From Eledone cirrhosa (taxonomy: Eukaryota): a DNA stretch of 64,000 bases. This document shows positions 57,473 through 64,000 of the stretch, in pieces. The position numbers were made by a program, and so were the translations under genes. Where the stretch lies: contig OZ024741.1 in NCBI GenBank assembly GCA_964016885.1, positions 349,866,001 to 349,930,000 on the forward strand, in the 5' to 3' direction. How positions within the stretch are numbered: position 1 is the stretch's first letter; each line of letters starts with the position of its first letter. A model generated the notes under the pieces. It saw nothing but the letters and a program-made list of their open reading frames with translations, ran no database searches and was not told the origin of the DNA.

Positions 57473-58838
57473 GGAAAAGACAAAAAATATCAACGGCTAG
57501 AACAAGCCAAAATTCAGAAGAATAGAGAAATGGAAAAATAAAAATTTAAATGTTACATTATAAGATATAATATGCAGGTAATATAAAAACAGGATAAGGA
57601 GGCAAGGTCTAGGATGTTGCGACATATTTAGAATTCAGGTAACTAAGAAAGGGCACTTAATTACTAATGGGTAAAAATTATAATATAATATACAATACAA
57701 TGCAATATATAATACAGAAATAAAATTTAATATATATATATACACACACACTCACACACATATATACACACACATATACACATTTACACATACACATATT
57801 AACACAAATATATATATATATGCACTATAATAGAATAATCACCCTGACGGTGTGATTAAACAATACTAAAATCAAAGAAATATTGACATTAAAAAACATA
57901 AGTACTTCCAACGTACCATGCAAAGTCAACATAACATGTATAAAAACATAACGTATACGACAGGGTAAAAAATAATACCATAAAGTAAAATAAAGTATGG
58001 TAAAAAAATATATATATGGTAAAGAATATATAATAGACAATAAATAATGAAATATAACAGGTAAATATTTACCGATAAAAACCGATAAAATAAAATAAAA
58101 ATAAAAATAAATGAGCGTATACGATAAGATGAATAGAGATATAGGCAATTCAAATACATACAGCAATATAATATTACATATTAATATTTCAACACCAAAC
58201 ATATAATTGCAGGGGAGAAAGATTTAAATCATATTTACTCAATATATTCATCCACACAAGTGACAAAGGATAGGAAAGACAGACAGAAGCAACAAAATAT
58301 ATTATAGCAAAACAAAACAAAAACAAAAACGCGTAGGTACAACAAACTGTTAGGTGAAAATTAATGATACAACTATTCAAAGTCAAATAACTGAATCGAA
58401 ATCCTTTTTAATTTTAATTAATTTATTAAAAGTTAAATAAACATTATGGTACACTCCATTTGGAACAAAGTTTAAGTCACTAATGCCGATAGAAATTAAG
58501 ATATTCCAATAAATGAGCGAATAAATTCATCGAATATATATTTAATTTCCGTTAAGACGTCTGACGTTATCGAAAGTAAAGATTCCAATAAAAACTATGG
58601 TGGACAAAAAGGAACAGAAAGAAGTAAAACTATGGAGGACAAGAAAGAACATAAAGATATAATATATATACTCAATAAGGCAAAGATTAAGTTTAGAAAA
58701 AATGAAATTCATTAACCGTAGATGTAGAAGACTAAAATTAAAGTATTAGTTAGTCAAGGAGACAATAAGATACACTCCAACCAGGGATGAATATAAAGAT
58801 AGAAATATATTAGTCGACAAAGAATGAGTATAAAGATA

Positions 58839-61820
58839 TATTTCTTTTATTTGCCACTAGGGCATCAAAAGTGGGACAAGTACAAAGGGGGGAGTTTACA
58901 CAAAAAGGCGTCCTCAATAAGGAGGAGGCAATAACAAAATATAAAAATAAAATAAGATATAACAAAAAATAAAATTTTTAACAAAATCCTCAATAGAGAG
59001 GAGGCGCCTTGGGGGGTCGCACACACCCCCGAAAAAAGTGTGCAACCCTTCTCCTCAGGAGCACAGAGAAGGGGTGCTCCCTTGGTCTTTCATCTTCCTC
59101 ACCTATAGTCTGATGTAGAGTGAAGGCCCATTCACACGGGCCATTCTCGCCACTTTCACCCATCTTTCATAGAAACGGCTGGGGTGCAGCACCTCTCTCT
59201 CCATCCTGATCCTTCTTCCGAAATGATATCGGAAGAAACGGACCAGTTGTTGGCCAGAGAGAAAGGTGCCCGACCTCAGTCCTTTCAGACGCGTCCACCA
59301 TACAACCTCTTTCGCCATGGCTATTACGCACAGAAACACCGCCTCTGCTTCATCTTTGAAGGGGGGAGGCGGCTTGATCATTACAATAGACTCGGTGGTC
59401 AACCGGATCGGTCCCACCCTTGACAGCAGTTGTTCGACATAGCCCCACAGATCGGCTACGCCCGAGCAGTGTACTAATGCGTGTGCAACGGTTTCCTCGT
59501 CGCACACGCATCTGGGACAGATCTTTTTGGCGGGGTCCCTACCCGGGCGCCCGTGTCTGTAGAGCCTTTCTCGAACGGGTAAAGCCCCTCGGTAGCACTG
59601 CCAGGCCAGGGACTTCTGGAAGTTGTCCATAGGTCCCGGGCTGAATGTCCTACCGAAAAGGCTGGCCAGTTCGTCCTCCTCCATGTCTAGGGCTTCTCCG
59701 AGGGCGTCGTCGCACCTGCTGCGTACCAGCCCTCTATAGAATGTTGCGGTGGAGTCTCCACTGATAACCGGATCCGCCTGCCAGAGGGCGGTGAGCGCCT
59801 GGGCACACTCAGTGTGCCAGGCGCCCAGTTTTCTCGGTCTTTGCTTGACCCAGGATTGCAGCTCGGTGAGTGAGACGAGTCTGGGAAAGGTTCGTCTCAC
59901 AAACGAGGCCCACACCGGTTGTCCGGTGAGGAATACGTAGAGGTGCCGTAGCCTTAATGCGTGTTTACGCATCATTAGCCACGGCATCCCCAGCCCTCCT
60001 TTCGAAGGGTGTTGACAGCAGATGGATCTCCTCACCATAGGAGCCCGCCTCTTCCAAAGGAATTGGAAGAGCGCGCGCTCCATCTTGGTGAGGGTTTCCC
60101 TTGGGCAGGGCACTACGGTCAGGCGGTAGTAGATGACGGACGCTATGTAGGTGTTCGCCACCTCCGCCCGGCCTTTCAGGGATAGTTTGCAACTGGCCCA
60201 CTTCTGGGTCAGTGCAAACACCCTGTTCGTAACCTCCGCCCAGTTTTTCTCCACCTGGAGGTCCGGTCCGAACCAGACCCCGAGCAACTTCACCGGGCCC
60301 TCCGTCCAGCGTCCGACGACGCTATCGGAGGGCATCGGTCTGCCCCTCCACGTGCCGAGTTGCAAACCGATCGACTTGTCCCGGTTCAGCTTAGCCCCTG
60401 TGAACTTTTCGTACTCCTCCAGTAAGGTGCCGACCGCCTCGATTTCGGAGGCCGTCGACACCATTACTGTCACGTCATCGGCGTAGGCCGACACCGCTTT
60501 CCGCAATCCCGGTTCCAAAGGGATGCCCTGCAACAACTCCAACTTCCGCAGTAGTGGCTCGAGAGTCAACACATACAGAAGGGAGGAGAGAGGGCACCCT
60601 TGTCGGATGGACCGCGCGATTTTGAACGGCTCCGAGAGGTAGCCGTTCACCTTGACCCTAGAGCAGATGCGGCTGCTGTGCATAGCAGTGATCCAGCCCC
60701 TGAAAACGGGTCCGAAGCCTGCCGCCGCTAGCACCGCATCCAGGTAACCATGGTCGACCCTATCGAACGCCTTAGATTGATCCAAGTTGATCAGAGCCCC
60801 ACCAAAGCCGGGTTCGTTCCCAACCCTCTCTATGATGTATCGCATGAGGTGGAGGTTGTCATGGATGGACCTGGACGGGATAGCGCATGTCTGCGCATCT
60901 CCCACCAGGTTGCCCACGACAAGCGCCAACCTCTTTGCTAGCACCTTCGCCAAAATCTGTAACTCTGTATTTAGCAGTGTTATGGGCCTGAAGTTACTTA
61001 TTTCGTCCCCCTTGTTCTCGTCCTTCCTCACTAGCGTGACTACGCCCTTGGTCACAGTACAGGGAATTCTCCCGTTCTGTTGCCAGTTGCAGTAGACCGC
61101 CTCGAGGAGATCGGGGAACAAGTCCGGCATAGCTAGATATAATTCGTAAGGAAGACCATCGAGACCCGGGGATTTGCGTTTGCCGCATTGGCTCAGCACG
61201 TCCTCTATCTCAGCGGCCGAAATCGGCTCTTCGCAGGACTTCGCCTCCCTGTCCGAGAGGCGCGGCAGGCCGTCGAGGTATGGACCGAAGTCCACGTTCC
61301 CAACCGGCTCCCCGCCCCTCCCGAACAGTCGGGCAAAGTGCCTTTGAAAGGCCTCACACATCTGCTTAGGCTCAAGAATCGCCCGTCCATCCAGGTCTCG
61401 CAAAGACCGGATGGTGGATTTAGTTCCACTGTTGGCCTCTGTCACGCGGGCCCAGCTAACAGCTTTGGTCCCCTCGTTCCCTAGAGCACGTATTTTACTT
61501 CGGACAACGCAGCCTTCGTGCTTCGCGTCGAAAAACTGGCTCAAAGCCGTTCTCGACGCTAGCACTCTGGCCACGTCGCCGCTTCTAATTGCCTCTTCTA
61601 CTCTATCTACTAGCTCCCTTTCCTTCCTATTCCTATCCGCAGCTAGAACCTTACTAAATTCTATCGAGACTACTCTAATCTCTCTCTTTAGAGATACCCA
61701 CCACCTGCTGTTGACGATCGCTCCAGTCAACCGTTCCTTAACTAACGTACTAATCCGATTCCTGTAGGCTCTACTTGCCGGCAAGGACAAGTTGAGCTTC
61801 CAGTAACCGGGGCCCTGTCT
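58839..61820 (-). mobile_element. 5'-truncated Tx1-clade LINE with perfect 15-bp TSD
   Basis: TSD ATGAGTATAAAGATA at 58824-58838 and 61821-61835; AATAAA at the 3' end. Confidence 0.93.
59103..61820 (-). CDS. Tx1-clade ORF2 lacking the endonuclease: RT + C-terminal CCHC, uninterrupted
   Basis: Begins RQGPGYWKLN; KSPGLDGLP, FRPITLLN, DQSKAFDRV, RQGCPLS, YADD, GGLG, CPRC..ETVAHALVHC. Confidence 0.93.
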   Translation of the reverse strand, partial: RQGPGYWKLNLSLPASRAYRNRISTLVKERLTGAIVNSRWWVSLKREIRVVSIEFSKVLAADRNRKERELVDRVEEAIRSGDVARVLASRTALSQFFDAKHEGCVVRSKIRALGNEGTKAVSWARVTEANSGTKSTIRSLRDLDGRAILEPKQMCEAFQRHFARLFGRGGEPVGNVDFGPYLDGLPRLSDREAKSCEEPISAAEIEDVLSQCGKRKSPGLDGLPYELYLAMPDLFPDLLEAVYCNWQQNGRIPCTVTKGVVTLVRKDENKGDEISNFRPITLLNTELQILAKVLAKRLALVVGNLVGDAQTCAIPSRSIHDNLHLMRYIIERVGNEPGFGGALINLDQSKAFDRVDHGYLDAVLAAAGFGPVFRGWITAMHSSRICSRVKVNGYLSEPFKIARSIRQGCPLSSLLYVLTLEPLLRKLELLQGIPLEPGLRKAVSAYADDVTVMVSTASEIEAVGTLLEEYEKFTGAKLNRDKSIGLQLGTWRGRPMPSDSVVGRWTEGPVKLLGVWFGPDLQVEKNWAEVTNRVFALTQKWASCKLSLKGRAEVANTYIASVIYYRLTVVPCPRETLTKMERALFQFLWKRRAPMVRRSICCQHPSKGGLGMPWLMMRKHALRLRHLYVFLTGQPVWASFVRRTFPRLVSLTELQSWVKQRPRKLGAWHTECAQALTALWQADPVISGDSTATFYRGLVRSRCDDALGEALDMEEDELASLFGRTFSPGPMDNFQKSLAWQCYRGALPVRERLYRHGRPGRDPAKKICPRCVCDEETVAHALVHCSGVADLWGYVEQLLSRVGPIRLTTESIVMIKPPPPFKDEAEAVFLCVIAMAKEVVWWTRLKGLRSGTFLSGQQLVRFFRYHFGRRIRMEREVLHPSRFYERWVKVARMARVNGPSLYIRL

Positions 61821-63383
61821 ATGAGTATAAAGATAGAGATATAATAATGGACAAGGGACTAAATAGGCTAAATAAGCTAAAAAAAACTAGAAAACTAAAA
61901 ATCAATAAACCGAAGAGAACTAATGATAATAATAATAAACTAAAAAAAACAAAATGATAAGGAATCCAAACAGCTATTGAATACGAATACGCCACAAACA
62001 ATTGTGTTATACATATAACTAAACATCCACACACATATACATATTCACAAAAAATATATATATCTACAAATATACCCACAGATACAAAACCCCATACCCA
62101 CAGAACCACTCACGTGCTAAACTTTCACATACCAACCAGCTCAAGAGAGTGTGTGTATCCATTCGCCAAAGATGATGAAGTATCTACGTCCAGCTATAGA
62201 AGACCCCATCCCGTATAGACACAGAAACGAGTAAGTGGTATATTAAGAAACAAAGAATATAAAAATAAAAATAAAAAATATAAAAAATATCTAGACAAGA
62301 CGTCTAAACCAGAATAGTAAAGCGAGATTCCGAAAAATCAACTACCTGAGCTTTTAGGTTTATAATAGAAGAAGGAATTAGAGATAGCATGCGAACAGGA
62401 TGAAAAGATTTCCGATTTTCTATTTAGTAATACATTTTTAGAGAAAATTATACAATGGGTTTCTAGAATGCAAAGATTACAGAATTTACTGTGGGTAGAA
62501 TATATGTGTGTGTATGTATGTATTTATATCTATACACATGCAAACATACACACATACAAACAGGCATATATAAATATATACATTTAGGCATACATACACA
62601 CACGCACACACAAACATACATACATGATGGCTGCCCCCTCGTTATCGAGTATGGCCATTGCACGATATACCATTATTAATAATTATTAATTAATTCTATC
62701 GTGCAAATGCCTGTGCGTGAAGATATTTTTTAAAGTGAGGAAAGATCTCGCAGAATTTAATAATAATGCAAAGGACTGTAAATAAATGGGAAACTGTCAT
62801 ATAACCACATGCTTCGAAGATACGAAAAGAAGAAGAAGCAACAGTAGCTATAACCCGAAAAGAATAAAAGATCAACATCATCGGTAACTACTGTGCCGCA
62901 GGTTTTATGTCGGAGTCATCCCAGTTTCCTGAGTTACCTTCTCATAGAAGAATGCCCTGACAAAGGCTAGGGGTCCTTCACTTCCAGTGGTTTAACCGCG
63001 CGATCGGGTGTCCAGCCCGACTATTTCAATGTCCCCGCGCATATTCATATACATGCACCCATGTATATACACATATACATATACATACATATGTATATGT
63101 GTATATACATATTTACACACTTTGGGATGGCCGTTGACTCTTATGAGTTCTTCCGCCCTTTGTCAGGTTTTGTTTTTTGTCCTGCTGGGTGTCCAAAATC
63201 ACCCTCTTCACCAAGTAAACTCGGTGGGGTTGCCGGTTTAGTAGCCGATGACCCGACTCGACCATGTACTGGGTTACATGTTACCAGTAGCACTCAAGAG
63301 TGACCCGACATACATACATACATACATACATACATACATACATACATACATACATACATACATACATACATACATACATACAT

Positions 63384-63680
63384 AAACACATTAAAAGCTA
63401 CAACAATGTGGAAGACATCTATGTACATAATATGAAAGAGTACTGGTGGAATGTTCCAGTAAAAACCCCAATAAAATGCAGGCATAACAGACCAGATATT
63501 ATGATATGGGACAGGGAGAAGAAAACATGCACAGTAGTGGAAATTAGCTGCCCAGCAGATGCCAATATGTGAAAAGGAGAATATTTATGCAGAACTGATG
63601 AGAAATCTGCAGATACTCCACCCTGATTACACCTTCAAATCTTGAGAAGCTAGGCTTCACAGGAACAATACAAATCTCGA
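63384..63680 (+). mobile_element. Second R4/Dong-like RLE fragment after (CATA)n
   Basis: Highly similar to 31450-31820 (YWWNVPVK..RHNRPDIMIWD..VEISCPAD), with deletions. Confidence 0.85.
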
Positions 63681-63699
63681 AAATGGTAGTGAGAAAGAG

Positions 63700-63870
63700 T
63701 TATAGAGGAAGAATCGAACCTAGAACATGACTGGTGCTTTTTATTGACCACGAATGGATGAAAGCAAAGTTGACCTCAATAGGATGTGAACGCAAAGAGT
63801 AGAAAACCGAAACGAATACCGCAAAGCATTCTATCCGATGTTCTAACGACTCTGCCAATTTACCATCTTC
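63700..63870 (-). mobile_element. Diverged tRNA-SINE copy
   Basis: Reverse complement has TGGCAGAGTCGTTAG..GCGTTCACATCC..GTCAACTTTGCTTTCATCC. Confidence 0.7.
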
Positions 63871-64000
63871 CAGTTGTTGCAGCAACATCCAAAAATGAAA
63901 TGTTGAAAGTACTACAGTTTCAGAGGTTTGACTTTATCTAGTCACATGAGAAATTATTTGACCCTAGCTGTGTTCTTTTTTTAAAAGTACCACAAAACTC

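Noticed and set aside
59184-61767. Plus-strand ORFs overlapping the Tx1 ORF2 (and those opposite ORF1 and the PLE ORFs)
   Set aside because: Antisense shadows of coding sequence

Overview
Eukaryotic, AT-rich, microsatellite-saturated non-genic DNA with one 200-N gap. It is most likely cephalopod (Octopus-like), inferred from the SINEs and repeat make-up. No host gene is securely identifiable, and most listed ORFs are translated microsatellites. The window is a nested transposon graveyard. It holds two Tx1/L1-clade LINEs (a 5' portion with intact ORF1, and a 5'-truncated intact ORF2 with a perfect 15-bp TSD) and at least 11 coding fragments of Penelope-like elements (PLEs; Naiad-, Neptune- and Nematis-like). 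It also holds R4/Dong-, CRE- and RTE-clade LINE remnants, a Chapaev3-type derivative, a hAT MITE, Helitron remnants and tRNA-SINEs. The main hidden signal is RNA-structural. Reading by eye I find about 23 core-intact and 15-18 decayed type I hammerhead ribozyme (HHR) motifs, mostly in short non-coding PLE-terminal (pLTR) modules that sit in (TA)n tracts, often as fold-back palindromes. They include non-canonical variants (U3-A8 cores, U-U at the base of stem II, long or branched stems), a ~317-bp tandem retrozyme-like array, and a shared ACTC...GAGTRC stem downstream of the ribozyme in many unrelated families. HHRs in PLEs are known. The variants, the shared 3' stem and any activity are unverified inferences from manual reading.
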